Translations under genes and position numbers: made by a program
In this document: in pieces, positions 29,728 through 48,521 of the stretch
Layout of the letters: the number at the start of each line of letters is the position of its first letter
Numbering within the stretch: the stretch's first letter is position 1
Notes under the pieces: model-generated
Seen by the model: only the letters and a program-made list of their open reading frames with translations
Database searches by the model: none
What the model was told of the DNA's origin: nothing
Assembly: GCF_009914755.1 (NCBI RefSeq)
Contig: NC_060930.1
DNA length: 64,000 bases
From: the human T2T-CHM13v2.0 reference genome, Homo sapiens
Direction: 5' to 3' (one strand)

Positions 29728-30799
29728 TCAGTCATGAGGTACAGAAAAGGCTATGTTCCCATCAGCTACATAATTCCTTTAACTAGAAGGGTAGTGTTAA
29801 AAGAATGATGTCTAATTGACTCTCAAAGGCATTTATCCAATGGGTGATTTTTATTAAATTCAATTAAACAAGAGGTAAATAATCTGCTATGGGAACCATT
29901 TCACATGCTAAATGCTATGGAGGACAAAATGTAACTCCCATTCCTAGAATCCTATCTTTCAGTCATTTCTAGTGTCATTAAGAAGACAAGGCATATAAAA
30001 TACACAAAGCTGTTAAGTAATAACATGAGTATACCAGATTATCTGATTATGTAATTAGTTAAGTCATGCAGACCGAGGTCAGAAGGACAAAGGTGTGGGC
30101 CTGAAAAACTAAAGAAGTCTTTGTGGAAGAGCTGGGATTAGACTCAGATTTAGAATGGCAGAGAACAAAGAGCTCACTAGAAAGAAGAACAAGAGCAAAA
30201 GTTGGGAATTAGGAACAAGTATGGCATGTTTGGGGGCGCCCAAGAGATGGTGGCTAGGCAGAGAGTTTGTATTAGACAGTAATAGGAAATTATGGGAGTA
30301 ACTTTCAGAAGTCCTCTCAACCAGGGCCTCCTTTTAAGTAGCTAAGATAAATCAAAATTATATATTTATAATGGATGGAGTTAAAATATCAGAAATTCAG
30401 AAAGTTATTTCTTCGTCAAGGGCAATTGCATATTACCAATAGGTGGCAGGTAATATCAAAACAGGACATCTTTTGACTTAACAAAAGCTTTCTACTCAGC
30501 TCTTGAACCCAAGGAACCAGGTTCTGAAAGTCTAAATATGTTAGTTATCCTTCAGACTGGCTTTCATAGTTTGATCTTGCCCTTGCCTGTTAGATGAATC
30601 TTGAACACCCCTTAGACCTTTAGTGTTCCAGAAAGTTGAATGTATTTCCTCACTTTCTGTGCATCTTTGTTGGCTCACTCAGTCATTCGAATAATATTAA
30701 TCGAACATCCATATAGATGAAGGAAACACCATGCTAGGCAATGGAGATCTGAAACTACTATAAGCCCCATATCTCAAAGACTTTACAATCTGATGAGAT

Positions 30800-33340
<2,541 letters not shown>

Positions 33341-33869
33341 AAATATAAATTCCTATCTAGATATGTCATAGTCAAATGTAAGAACACTAGATTCGAAAAG
33401 ATCATGAAAGCAGCTCCAAAGAAAAAGGTAACCCATACCAGATGGAAGTTAGAATGACAGCTGACTTCTGTAGCAACAGTGATTACCAGAAGACAGTAAA
33501 ATAATATCTTCAGAGTGCTGAGAAAAAAATAAGAGTTTAATGCCTAGAGAAACTGTCTTTCAGGAAGACAGTGAAATACATTTCCAGGCAAACAAAACAG
33601 ATTTTACTAACAGCAGACCTTTACTGGGAAACTTCTAGAGTATACTTCAAGTGGAAAGAAAATGAATGCAGAAGTAAAGTCTAAGATACAAAAAGTCGTG
33701 AATAAAGAAAATAGCAAAGTAGGATAAATCTAAATAATCATTAACTATACAAATTAAAAGAACAATATTGAATTTGTGAGAGTTAAAAATATCAAAGTAG
33801 AACTGACATGTATTACAGTAATAGCATAAGAAAGGGTGATAGGATTAAATATATAACAAGTTTTGAAAA

Positions 33870-34495
33870 TTTTTTTTTAACTTTTAAGTTCAGGGGTACA
33901 TGTGCAGGTTTGTTTTATGAGTGAGCTTGTGTCATGCAGGTTTGTTGTACATTTTGTCTCCCAGGTATTAAGCCTAACACCCATCAGTTATTTTTCCTGA
34001 TCTTCTCCCTCCTCCCACCCTTCACCCTCCAATAGACCCCAGTGTGTATTGTTCCCTCCTATGTGTCCATGTGCTCTCATCATTTAGCTTCCACTTATAA
34101 TTGAGAAACGTGGTACTTGATTTTCTGTTCCTGCATTAGTTTGCTAAAGATAATGGCCTTCAGCTGCATCCATGTTCCTGCACAGGATATGATCTCATTC
34201 TTTTTTATGGCTGCATAGTATTCCATGGTGTATATATACCACATTTTCTTTATTCAATCTGTCATTGATGGGCATTTAGGTTGATTCTATGTCTTTGCTA
34301 TTATGAATAGTGCTGCAGTGATCATACACTTGCGTTTCTTTATGATAGGATGATTTATATTCCTTTGGAGATATACCCAGTAATGTGATTGCTGGGTCGA
34401 ATGGGTAGTTCTGTTTTTAGGTCTTTGAGGAATCACCACACTGCTTTCCACGGTGTTTGAACTCATTTACCCTCCCATGAACAATATATAAAAGT
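33870..34495 (-). mobile_element. L1PA (older) 3' fragment
   Basis: TTTTAAGTTCAGGGGTACATGTGCAGGTTTGTT...GGCTGCATAGTATTCCATGG. Confidence 0.85.
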
Positions 34496-35331
34496 GTTTT
34501 TAAAAACATACTTAAGATATAGGCAAATATCTTTAAAAAGAAAAATAAATAGCAAAAGAAACTGATGAGGTATAAAACAACTGATGAAGCTATATTAGTA
34601 TAATACAAAAAGACATTTGGGCAAAAAGCTTTGATTGAGATGAAGAGGATCATTACCTATTGCAAGAATATTTTATTTACTAGGAAAATATAATAATTCT
34701 AAACTTGAATGCAGTAATAACATGGATTCAAAATATAAGAAAAATCTGTAGCACCATTATTCAGTGAGACTGGAAAAATATAGCATAATAGTGGGAGCCA
34801 TTAAAACATTTCTTTCAATAGTTGTTAGATCAAAAAGACAAATCAATAAACAGGTATAAGACTTGAATAATATTATTATTCATTTAATATATATATGCTT
34901 ACCCAACACCCAATTTTCAACAAAATTAAGTTAGAAGTCAATTTTGGAAATATAACATGAAAAAAACCGTGTATTTGGAAATTGAAAAACATATTTTCAG
35001 ATAACCCATGAGTTAAAAAAAAATATTGTCAGAAAATACCTAGAACTGAATGGTAGCAAAAACTCTTAAAACTCTAAAAAAAAGAGGTACTTGGAGGAAA
35101 ATATATAGCTTTAAATGCTTACTTAAGAAAGAAGAAAGATGACAATAAGTTAGGCATATTTCTTAAAAAGTTAGAAATCTAAAGAATTTAAAAATTAAAA
35201 TATTAAGAAATTAAAAGAAGGAAATCATAAAATAAGAGGCTGAAAATAAAGAAATTGAAAACAAAGGTAACAGAGAAGATTTGTCAAGTCAAAAGTCATC
35301 TCCTTGAAAGGACTAATAAAGTGACAAACTA

Positions 35332-35696
<365 letters not shown>

Positions 35697-35730
35697 GCAT
35701 TCTTTAAAGTGCCATAGCCATTAAACATAA

Positions 35731-36132
<402 letters not shown>

Positions 36133-37689
36133 TAAAAAAGTATAACTTGTTTATGAAGAAATAGAAAACCAAATATCTTCAGCCATTAAAGAAATAGATT
36201 TAGTTTAAACATTTCCCACAAAAAATCCAGCAGATCCAGATAATCTTACAGATGATTTTTGACAAACATTTAAAGAACAGGTAATTCTAAGCTTAACACA
36301 AACCCTTTTAGAGAGAAGAACTTCTTAATTCTTTCATTTAAAAAGGCCAGTGAAACCAAAGTCACCATGAGAAAGAAAAACTACAGTCATTCTCACTTAA
36401 GAAGATATGTGCAAAAATCCTAAACAAGATATCAGTAAACCTGATCCAGCATTATATGAAAAAATAATTTGTTGAGCAAACAAAGGCAGATGGCTGGACA
36501 GCACACACACATATACCAGATCTCCTGGAATATTGTATACTAAAGGAAGTTAATATAATCACAAGCTATGTCCCTCATTGCCCATCACTTCCTGGGGAAG
36601 CTCAAAGGGAGGTAGTAGGGTTGAGAATAGACATAGGGAGACAGATCCCTTGGACTATAGAGCTGTTATTAATAAGATGCATTATTAGGGAAATACCAGG
36701 CCCTCCTTTGCTATGATCAAGGGCTGGAGTTCAAACTTTTATGCCTGTTATAGCAGAAACTTAGCCTTATTCCAGTTTTTCAATCTCAGTAATTACTAGT
36801 TAGGAGAACATCAGCCTACTTTTCATCCCCCTTGTGATCAGGGTTCTGTGCCAAAGCTTTGTGGTTACAACTATAAGATGTGGCACTCTACTAGAACTGA
36901 TTGACTCTTAAGATTTCCTTGGATGCCAGGCTGCAGGTAATCAATCTTAAACAAGTTAATCCTTAGTTCTCATGAAACAGTAAGACAAGAATGGAATTAT
37001 TCCACAAATGCAAGATTGATTCTACATTTGGAAATTATTTATTCCCACATGAATGGATTATTGTCATCATCTCATTGACTGTCCCTGCCCCCTGTCTCCA
37101 GGACTAGCTTACACTGTCCTCATAGCAGTGATTACAACCTGAAATGAAACCATCATTTATATAATTTTTTAGTGTCTGTCTCCCCAAACAGAATATTTTC
37201 TCCATGAAGTCAGGAATTGTATCTACAGTGTTAATTATCGTAATCCCAGTATTTAGCAGTGTACCTAGTACATGATATAGATGGTCACTAGTAATTGCTG
37301 GATGAATGGATAAACGGGTGGGAATTTGAGCTAAATGACTTGGATCTTTCCTAGACCTAGGACTTTATACTTACAGAAGGACATTTGTTCTTTCCTCCTG
37401 TAGTGATTTATTTTAAGCATTAATTTGCTAAAATTAGTGATTTATAGTGATAGTTTGAGCTGAATATGGGAGAGAGACTTCACAAAAACCGTATTATGTA
37501 CGTGTCGTATCAACAGATGGAAATACACAGCCAAGTGTTCTAGTGGGAATGTTGGGGAGACCCTGACTCTTGACCAGAGCAAAAGACTGCACTCCCTCAG
37601 GTTCTCAAGAATGCCTGGCAGTTGTGTGTCAAGTCTTTCTTGACACACTCATTCCTTCTTTTTTTCTCTCTAACACCATCTTATATTAG

Positions 37690-37910
37690 AGAACTTCCCT
37701 CAGTGTGTGCTAGAAATCTCTGACCAAGAAGTGTTGGAATGGTATACTGCTAAAGACTTCATTGTTGGGAAGTCACTCACTATCCTTGGGAGAACTTTCT
37801 TCATTTATGATTGTGATCCATTTACTCGACGGTATTACAAAGAGAAGTTTGGAATCACTGATTTACCACGTATTGATGTGAGCAAGCGGGAACCACCTCC
37901 AGTAAAACAG
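37690..37910 (+). CDS. EFHC1: EFHC1 exon 6 (221 nt, phase 1/0; KNFPQCVLE...PPPVKQ)
   Basis: TAG|AGAAC acceptor completes the A|AG Lys codon; CAG|GTAATC donor. Confidence 0.96.
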
Positions 37911-38320
37911 GTAATCAGATAGTACTTCTTAGTGTGGTGAGAAAACTAATTTTTTGAGGTAGAAATTTAAGAAAAAAAGACTTCTATGCAAATATTCGAT
38001 AAATAATGGACAAAGTATATGTAACACAGTAGTTCACAAAAGAAGAAATACAAATGACAAAAAAATTATGAGAAGACCCTCAATCTAACTGATAATCAGT
38101 GAAATAGAATGAAAATAATGATGTTTTTGGATCTGTTCAATTTTAAAAGATTCATGATATCCAGTGTTTGCCCTATATGAAGAAATGGGAATTTTCATAT
38201 ACTGTTTATAGGAAAGCCAGTCAGAGTAAACTTTCTGAAAGGCAATTTGTTGTCTATTTTATTTTGAAAAAAATAAAATAGACATTTTATTTTTATAAGT
38301 AAATAAAATGTATATTTTCT

Positions 38321-38612
<292 letters not shown>

Positions 38613-39029
38613 TATGTATATATTATATATCTATATAATATATATAATATCTATCTATATATATATTATAAATCATATTGTTTATAATATATGATATTGG
38701 ATATATATGATAGGACACATCATAATATGGTTTATATTATGACATATAGATATAGATATATCTCATATCTTTTACCTGGAAATATACTTTGGGAACTCTA
38801 AAAATGTATATGGAAGAATGTGTATTGTAGCATTATTTATAAAAAAATAAAGTGTGAGGAGATTGACAAAATAAATGATATCCACTCATGAAATGGATGT
38901 ATGAAAATACATGCATTCATACAATTAAAAGACAGTTAAAATACACCCATTCATAAAAGACTACTATGTGTGTAAAGTATCACTGGGCCCTTTCTCCTCA
39001 AAAGAAAGGCATGAATAAAATTATGGAAT

Positions 39030-39490
39030 GTTTGAGTACCTCCAGCCAGGGCCCTGCCTTCCCTTCCAGCGGCTGCTCCTCTTGCTTGCAGTTGGCCTCC
39101 AGTCGTACTGAGTTCTCTGGTTCTACCAGTACAGCATCTTGTTTTACTCCCAGGAACTTTTGCTTGTGCTCTTCCTCCTTGAACCACTTTTCTGTTATTC
39201 TTACATGCAGCTCTTTTTTATCCTCCAATACCCAGTGTAGGCTTCTTCCCCAAGAAGTCTTTTCTAAAGCTCCAGGTAGGGCAAAAAGCCTTTCATCTCT
39301 ATTCCTGGGGTATTCTCTGCCTCCCTCTACTAGCACTTCTCTATTATATTAAATTATCTGCTAGTGAATATTTTGTACTAGATTGTAACTCCCTTGAGGC
39401 CAAGGACTATGTCCTATTCATCTTTCTCTCCTAGTACCTAATACAGTGCCTAATAAATAGGAGGTATATAATATGTTTCTTGAACTGGAC
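39030..39490 (+). mobile_element. L2 3' relic
   Basis: CTAGATTGTAACTCCCTTGAGGCCAAGGAC...TACAGTGCCT. Confidence 0.65.
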
Positions 39491-39975
39491 TGAAGAAAAT
39501 TGGCTATGAAGGTGTTCTGCAAAAAGGAAGTGATGTCTTAGGCAAAACTTTTAGAAACAATGTTTTATAGAAACGATTACAAAGAAGGATTTGGATTTTG
39601 GTATGCTGTGAGTTCCCAGAGGCAATACAATTTCTGGAAGGAAGTGTGGGTGATAATACCTCTTGCTGTCAGTTTTTTCTCTGATAGATTTCTTTATCAA
39701 TGATGTGTTCATTGATTAAGAACAATGATAAACCCTCTCCTGGTGTAATGCATTGTGAAAAGAAAAAGAATTATGATAAACTCTCTGCCCCCAAGTTTCT
39801 TGGCAGCATTTGATGCAGTACACAGGGGAAAATACCATGAGAACAGATTTAGATTTTGATCAAGGAAACTATTTTACCACTTCAGTTAATAGATAAGGAT
39901 GGTTATCTAACCAGGAGGTAGAGTAGTGAGAGATTACAACATAGTGATGCCCTTTTCTTGGTGAAAGGACTTTGA

Positions 39976-40275
<300 letters not shown>

Positions 40276-42128
40276 TGATCTGTCTTTTGAGCCAATGGAA
40301 TTTTTTGAGTCTTAGAATACCTCTGTTCCCCATCCTTATTACTATCATCTTTTTTTTCTCCTAACCTATCTTGAAGTAAAGAAAAGAGAGGGAAGCCCTG
40401 GATAAAGAGCAGAGGGGAACTGAAGATCTACTGTAGATTTTGGTTGGTTGTTTTGCTCTATCCCAGCCCTTTTGTATAATAAAACTAATTTTATATAATA
40501 AAACATCTATACATATGGCACATTAATTATAGTGTTTGGTCAGTTTCTTTCCCGTACTTTCTCTATAATAAATAGCTCTATAATAAACAAATTCCACCTG
40601 TCCATGAAATTTGTTAGAGATAAATAGAATGCCAATTACCAATCAGCAAACGCTTTTTAGTCATTATACCTCAGTCATTTTAACCCTAAATAACATAAAT
40701 GGAAACCAGGGATAGGAATTTGTAGCAGAGTCTAGAGGAATAAAGCTAGAGCCAAGCCAATGCAGGGATAGAAGTAGATACGAAATGGATATATTCAATT
40801 CGAGAGGTATGGCACTTGTAAGTCAAGCTTCTCTGCTAGATCAGGAATAAGTAAACATAAATGCAATAGCCAGATGTGTTTTCTGTCAGGCTGGCTCCAT
40901 CTGGAGGCATGCTGGTAGGGAAAAGAAAGAAACCAGAACTAGGAGAGCTAATCTGCTATGGAGACTTCCCCTGAAAGCAGTATCTGAAGGTTATGGTACT
41001 CTGGGGTTCTAAGGGTACTACTAGCTTGGTTGAAGATGTCCAGACAGAAACTCTGGTAAGTGGATCATATGAGCAGGAGTATCTAGGAGTGATGATATCC
41101 ATAGTCAGATGAGTGTTCATCTAGTTTACAACGGGACCCACCCAAGCAGTAGCTTGAAGTATGAGAAGCAAGGTGCAAGGATACCGTACATATGGACTGA
41201 TATTTAGGGAAGGTCTTTATTCCAGGCAGGGGAAGTGAGTATATTCAGGAAAAACAGGTAAAGTTTGTTAAAATACAATAGGAATTTGAGAAGAAGGCCC
41301 AGAGGCTTTATAGCTACCTTCTTATTGCAAAATCCTTCAACCCTCAGTGACCTCCCTATTGGCCCCCCAGCCAGGATGCTCTCATTGTGTGGTGTTGGTA
41401 CAAGTGCAAAGCAAGTTCAGATACCACCACTTTGCAGTTTCTGCCTAGCCTCCAGAGAAAACTCAGATGCTTAGCATGTAGGCCGTCAGCTCAGGGTTCC
41501 TCTGTCCATAGTTACCTGTAAATTCACTGAGTAGTGGTTTTGCAATTGAAGCAAATTAGGTCATTTTCCATCTGCTAAATCCACTAGTCATATTCTAGCC
41601 ATGATTACCACATTAACTACAGTCCCAGCAAGTGATTTTGGGGTCAGTGTTCCAAGTAGTACGCTGTAGACAAATTTAATAGTCCTTTGTTGTTGAAGAA
41701 ATACTCTGTTATGGATGGTACTAGGGACTATATGGACTTACTTGTTAAAGTGCCTGAAAATAATATATAAAAAGATTTTGTGGAGGTATATACAAGAGAA
41801 AATGTGTGCTACACAGGACCCTCACTGGGGTGGGACTAGGTCCTGCTTTTGTAGTAAGGGGTCAGTGGACATCAGCAATAGTTTCTCTGTAGCCCTGAGA
41901 GTTACTTTAGAGCATCATCAGTTACTTCTGTGATCAGTGAACATGATGCAAAATCCACAGAGGAAGGGGATAAGTGATATGTTATATTTTCTGACTATAT
42001 TTGTTTATGTAGAAAATATATTTGCATAAGTATTTTCTAGAGTTTTTTCTTTAAACTTATAGTTACCTTTAATGTAATCTTAACACAAGTAGTATCTGCC
42101 TTACTTCTTGCTTCCTATGTATCTCCAG

Positions 42129-42269
42129 GAGTTGCCTCCTTATAACGGTTTTGGACTAGTGGAAGATTCTGCTCAGAATTGTTTTGCTCTCATTCCAAAA
42201 GCTCCAAAAAAAGACGTTATTAAAATGCTGGTGAATGATAACAAGGTGCTTCGTTATTTGGCTGTACTG
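42129..42269 (+). CDS. EFHC1: EFHC1 exon 7 (141 nt, phase 0/0; ELPPYNG...VLRYLAVL)
   Basis: CCAG|GAG acceptor; CTG|GTGAGG donor. Confidence 0.96.
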
Positions 42270-44380
42270 GTGAGGCTAATTTTTATATACTAAAGATTCT
42301 CTTCTATCTCAGTACTGTGTACAATTGTTTATTTTATCTGTAAGCTGTAGATTAACAGCTGTCAGAGTTATGTGTTGACTCAACCAACCATTGTATCTAG
42401 TACCCAGCCTTCAGGGAGGTTGGATAGTATTAAGTATGGTGCCCCTGAACTAAGACCTAGATCAAGTCCTATCTCTCCCAAGAATCTTTCTTAAGATCAT
42501 TAATCTCTCACTCTTACACCTCAAATGTTGACAGATCTTTTGCCTCTTTTATTAAGTAACTATGAAATTGCTTAATATTCAAACCATGTGTGTATCTGTG
42601 TGGCTTTTTGGTATACTGTGATTTCTTTGAGGTTAGGGACCATGTCTTAGTAAGTTTTGCGTTTATCTGTGATATCTTGCCTGATATCTTGAGAGGTTAT
42701 GTGACTAATAGTTAAGAGCATGGAGTTGGAAATAGACATACACTCAAATTCTGCATATCCCATTAATTAGCAGAATTGTATGAGAGAAGTTGCTGATAGA
42801 AATTCAAAGTGTAAGGTCTTTAAAATGGAAAAAAAATGTAGAATAGGAACCTAACCATTTTATTAGAAATATGAACATAAATAGCAGAAGTTGAAATAAG
42901 TTATATCTCAGAATAGGAATTAGGAGCTGGGGGTAGGAGGTGTCAGGTGACTTTTCAAACTATATACATGTATTTGAAAAGATAAAAACTAAGGTGAAGA
43001 CAACTGAATAATAGATTTTAGAAAACGATTGCACAAAGCTTTAAATAAAAAGAGAGTTCTGGCTAAAAACAAAATTTTTTAAGAAAACAACAAAACAGCA
43101 AAATGTAGGCCAACTAGAACACTCTCCATAAGAATTCTGACCAATAAAGGTTTTGTGGTACTAGATTCTTTCAGTTACTGTTAAAATTCAAGCGGCTTGT
43201 TGAATTATTATATGGTAACTATAACTCCTTAAGGGCAGGAATCATGTCCTTCTAGACTTTGTAGGTACTCAGTAACTGTTCGTTCAGTAGGCAAAAGAAT
43301 TTATTTCTGCACACATTATCCATGAGTAAGGCAATACAATATTGTACCCATTTTATGTTTCAAAACTTAAGAAACAGAAAGGCTAATTGCCTTGTCCCAG
43401 GTCCAGTGCTGCTTAGACAGGGGTAGGACTAGAACTCAGCCTTCTGGCTTTCAACCCAGTATTCTTTTGATGAAGAACCAGTATAATACTTAGGATTAGA
43501 AAAGGGAAAGGAACTCCTATGAGTCTGTAAACTGCAAAATTGTAAGCTTACCTTTGATAATGAAAAACCTGGAAAAATTAATACAAAGTTGATTACAAAA
43601 ATGGCTATGAATAGTGTTAGATATTGCTAAATGAGGAGAAAAGATAAATTTCTTTTGATTGCAGCCTTCTGTACTCACAAGCAACCTGGTCAAACATGAT
43701 ATATCACTAAAAGTTAAAGCATTTACAGAGAACTTCTATTTCTAGCAATGATAGACCAAATAATTTGGATCAGCCCTCTTGCTGAGGTGTATGTTTGTGT
43801 GTATGTGTATGTTTATGTGTGTTAGCACTTGAAGGTGCTGGACAACTAGCAAGATGTGAAGAATCACAGAGCAAGAACCAGGGGAACAATGAGAACCGCA
43901 GAAGTGAACCTGACATTTGGGTTCATTTTTCCGCTAGGCGTGTTTGCTGATTCCAGAAGACCCACCTGTGAGGACAAACATTGGAATCTATTTAGGGCCT
44001 GTCAAAGGCAGAAGCTCCTGGGAAACCCTCTGTGCTTAAGTCTGTCTGTAGCTAATCTTTGAAGGGACTGTTGTCTGGCTTTGAATTATCATAGTCCCTG
44101 ATTGTCTCAGTTTTACAAATCAGATTAAGGTGATCCTGGATTATAATAACCCCAGGTGACTGTCAGAAGCAAACAAATTCTCTGCAGATGACATCATTTT
44201 CAGCTTCAATTTATTTCTACAATTTTAAAAATACAATGTGTGGCACTCACAAAAACAATATTAATAATACAATGTTCAGAAACAAGACAAGATAACATAA
44301 AGAAAAGTGACCAGAAATAAGAGACAATAGAATATACTTATAGGGATTTCAGATACTGGCACTATGAAACTTAAACTTAA

Positions 44381-44712
44381 GCCGGGAGCAGTGGCTCACA
44401 CCTGTAATCCCAACACTTTGGGAGGCCAAGGAGGGCAGATCACTTGAGGTCAGGAATTTGAGACCAGCCTGGCCAACATGCTAAAACCCTGCATCTACTA
44501 AAAAAATACAAAAGTTAGCCAGGCATGGTGGCATGCACCTGTAATCCCAGGTACTCAGGAGGCTGAGATATGAGAATCGCTTGAACCTGGGAGGTGGAAG
44601 TTGCAGTGAGCCAAGATTGTGCCACTGTACTCCAGCCTGGGCGACAGAGCAAGACTCCGTCTAAAAATAAAATAAAATAAATAAATAACTAAATAATAAA
44701 ATTAAAAAAAAA
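44381..44712 (+). mobile_element. AluS with (TAAAA)n tail
   Basis: Alu dimer. Confidence 0.92.
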
Positions 44713-45374
44713 ATTTTTAAAAACCTTTGTTTACCATGTTTAAGGAGATAAAGAATAAGATTGAGAATTTCAGCAAAAGATGAGAAATAAGCCAAAAAAG
44801 TCTATTTCAGTTTTGAAAAATCATCACATTAACAGAATAAAAGAGAAAAATTAAATTTTGAAAAGCATTTGCTAAAATCAATCTAATATGATTTAAAAAT
44901 AAAACTCGCATATACCCCTGAACCTAAAATAAAAGTTTAAAAAAGTAAAAATGAAAGAAAACAAAACTTTTAATAAAAAAAAAGAATAAAAGGGGGTTTC
45001 CTTTATCTGTTAAAGGTTATGTATGAAAAGTCTACTGCAAACAGCTTACTTAGTGATGAAATGTCGAAAGGGTACTTTCTGAGATTAGGAACAAGGCAAG
45101 ACTGCTATCACCCCTTCTGGTCCACATTGTTCTGGAAGTCCTAGCTGGAACAGTGAAACAGGAAGCGAATAAACAAGTATATGGATTGAAGAGGAAAAAA
45201 TAAAATTGTCATTATCCAAAATGAACAATTGTATATATAGAAAATAAAGAATCTACCTTCTACATTAGGGAAGTCAATATACAAATAGCAACAAAGAAAA
45301 CATAAAGTTAAAAAATACCATTTACTATAGCATCAAAAATATTAAATTCCTAGGTATAAATTAAATTCCTTGGT

Positions 45375-45682
45375 ATAATATTTTAGGTGTTACATACAAA
45401 AGATATGTAACACCTAAAAGATGTATCTTTATCATACAAGAGATATGTAATATCTTTTACATACAAGAGATATGTAATATCTTTTACATACAAGAGATAT
45501 GTAATATCTTTTACATACAAGAGATATGTAATATCTTTTACATACAAGAGATATGTAACACCTAGGTGTTACATATCTTTTAGGTGTTACATACAAAAAC
45601 ACTTTAGGTGTTACATATCTTTTAGGTGTTACATACAAAAGATATGTTACATACCAAAAATATGTAACACCTAAAATATTAT
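45375..45682. repeat. Composite tandem (27-bp x ~4.7) and inverted/palindromic repeat array
   Basis: Unit CATACAAGAGATATGTAATATCTTTTA from 45433; 30-bp perfect palindrome 45549-45578; 22-bp terminal inverted repeat. Confidence 0.93.
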
Positions 45683-46294
45683 TGAGAGAAAATTAAGAAG
45701 ACCTAAATAAATGAAGGGATATACCATGTTCATTGGCTAGAAAATTCAGTATTATAAAAATATTTTCCCCAAATTGATCTATGGTTTAAAATTAAGTCAA
45801 AAAATCCAAAAATGTTTTTATTTTTACAGACAAATTGATTCTATAATTTAAGTGGAGAGGCAAAGCACCAGGAATAGCCAAGATACTCTTGGAGAAGAGC
45901 AAGATCAGTGGATTTTGCTCACAAAAATATCACTGTGTATTAAAAGTCACAGTAATTAAAATAACATGTTATTGGTGCAAGGATAAACAAACCAATGGAA
46001 CAGATTAGACAGCCCAGGAAAAGACATATGACAAATACAGCACTGCAGAGGGGCTGGGAAAGGAAGATGTTTCTAATCAGTGATATCAAACAATCAGATA
46101 TTCATGTAACAAAAAAGAAAATTTGACCTCCATCTCACTCCAAAAGTGGAAATCAGGTCTAGGTAGATTGAAAATCTAAATGTGAAAGGTAAAACAATAA
46201 AACTTCTTAGCAATAAATAATCTTAACATTATAGTAGGGAAAGATTTATTTAGTCGGATACAAAAAACCAGTCATGTTTTAAAAATGGATAAAT

Positions 46295-46597
<303 letters not shown>

Positions 46598-46836
46598 AAA
46601 TGGATAAATTTGATTATATTAAGATAAAGAATTTCTGTTCTTCCAAAAAACACCATTAAGATTGTAAAAAAAGGCAAGCTTCAAGTGGGAGCAGATGTTT
46701 AATACAGAAATCAGCCAAGATCTTATATTCAGAATATATAAAGAACACTCTGAAATCATTAAGAAAAATGAGCAAGAAACTTGAACAGGCATTTCACAAA
46801 AGAGGATATCCAAGAGGCAACTAAACATATTAGAAG

Positions 46837-47113
46837 GGCCAGGTGCAGTGATTCACACCTGTTTTCCCAGCACTTTGGGAGGCGGAGGCAGGAAGATCAC
46901 TTGAACCCTATGTCATAGGGCAACATAATGAGACCCTATCGCTACAAAGATAAAAAAATAAGTTAATTGGGCTTGGTGGCATGTGCCTATAGTCCCAGTT
47001 ACCTGGGACACTAAGGCGGGAGGATCACTTGAACCCAGGAGTTCGAAGCTGTAGTGAGCTATGATCCTGCCACTGCACTCCAACCTGGGCAACAGAGACT
47101 CTGTCTTTAAAAA
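46837..47113 (+). mobile_element. AluJ
   Basis: GGAGTTCGAAGCTGTAGTGAGCTATGATC. Confidence 0.88.
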
Positions 47114-48521
47114 TATGTACATATGAGAAGTTGCTTAGCTTCGTTAGTAACTAAAGAAGTGCAGATTACAATCATAGTGAGTTGCCTCTACCCACCCATC
47201 AGAATCATTAATATGTTGATGAGAATATGTAACCATAGGAACTCTCATACTCTTTACTAAGAGAGTATACCCACTTTGTAAAACAGTTTGGCATAATAAA
47301 TTTACTAGATGGTGCTAAGGGTGCAATATATGTTCACCAAAAAATAAGAATGTTTATAATAGCGTAATTCATAATAGCAAAAATAGACCTAAATGTCTAC
47401 CTACAACAGACTGGATAAGTTGTGGTATATTTGTGTCATAATTTGATTTCTGTTCAATGAAAATTAAGGAACTACAGCTACTAATAACAACATGGCTAAA
47501 TCACATAAACATAATTTTGAATGTAAGAATCCAGACACAAAAGAATGCATACATATTATGTAATTCATTTATATGAAGATTAAAAAGCAGACAAAACAAA
47601 ACTTTATGGATGTCTGCTTTGTAGCAAAACTAAAGAAAACCATACAATTCAAGGCAATGGCCTGTTTGGTGGGGGAAGGATAGAATATTGATTGGGAGGT
47701 TCTGGCAGCGTTCTGTTTCTCAACCTGGATGGTGGTTATATGGGTGTTTACTTTATTAAAATTCTTTCGGCTGTGCATTTTGATATTTTTATTGTTGTTT
47801 TGGGTTTTTTTTTTTTGCAGTTTTCTCTCTGTGTTACTGCTCACAGTAAAAAAAATTAAAAGAAAGCCAACAGAACTATTAGTAAAGAAATAGTGGATAT
47901 CTTTATGTGGGCAGGAAAAAAGAGGTGATATTCTGGTCATGGTAATTTTCAGATGTTTTCCCCTGACCTATTGGGTGAAATAGAGAATGTATTCATTAGA
48001 CTCATCACAAAAGTTCTTGAGGAAGAAAGGGTGCTTGACAATAAGGGGAAAAGGTTTATGAGTGAGGCGGGGACTTCAAAAGAAAATATATGGAAATTCA
48101 AAAAGAAAGGAGTATGCTATAGAAATGATCAGAGACAAATTAATTAAATCCCATGGAGGTCAGACAAAGACACTGGATGTGTTCTGAGAAAATAACATGT
48201 ACTAAATCCTAGTAGGCAATTGGTGCCTAAGTAAAAATATGCTGGTAAACTCTCTGGGACTGAGAGTGGAATGCTGGCTGAGAAACTTGGCAAAGCTTTC
48301 GAAGAACAGAAACATGATTTGAACCATAATCTTCAAAGCAGCTGAATGTCTTCCAAGAGATACGCAAGACAGTACCATGTGTGGTGTTTGTTAAGAAAAT
48401 ATTACAGCCTCTGTTTATTTTATTTACTATGAGTGCATTTATTTTATAGCCTCTGATATTTTTATATGTGCCTTTTAATGCACAAACTATATTTATATAG
48501 AAGAACATATGTTTAATTATT

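Noticed and set aside
38951-39352. Overlapping ORFs of 78-128 aa on both strands
   Set aside because: They lie in a degenerate L2; there is no recognisable protein or splice structure.
40585-41545. Possible ancient LTR/ERV relic or enhancer
   Set aside because: The composition is suggestive, but I cannot assign a family or boundaries by eye.
45433-45558. CRISPR-like 27-bp repeats and ORF 45432-45638 (RYYISLVCK repeats)
   Set aside because: The units are contiguous with no spacers, there are no cas genes, and the context is a primate intron; the ORF follows from the 27-bp period.
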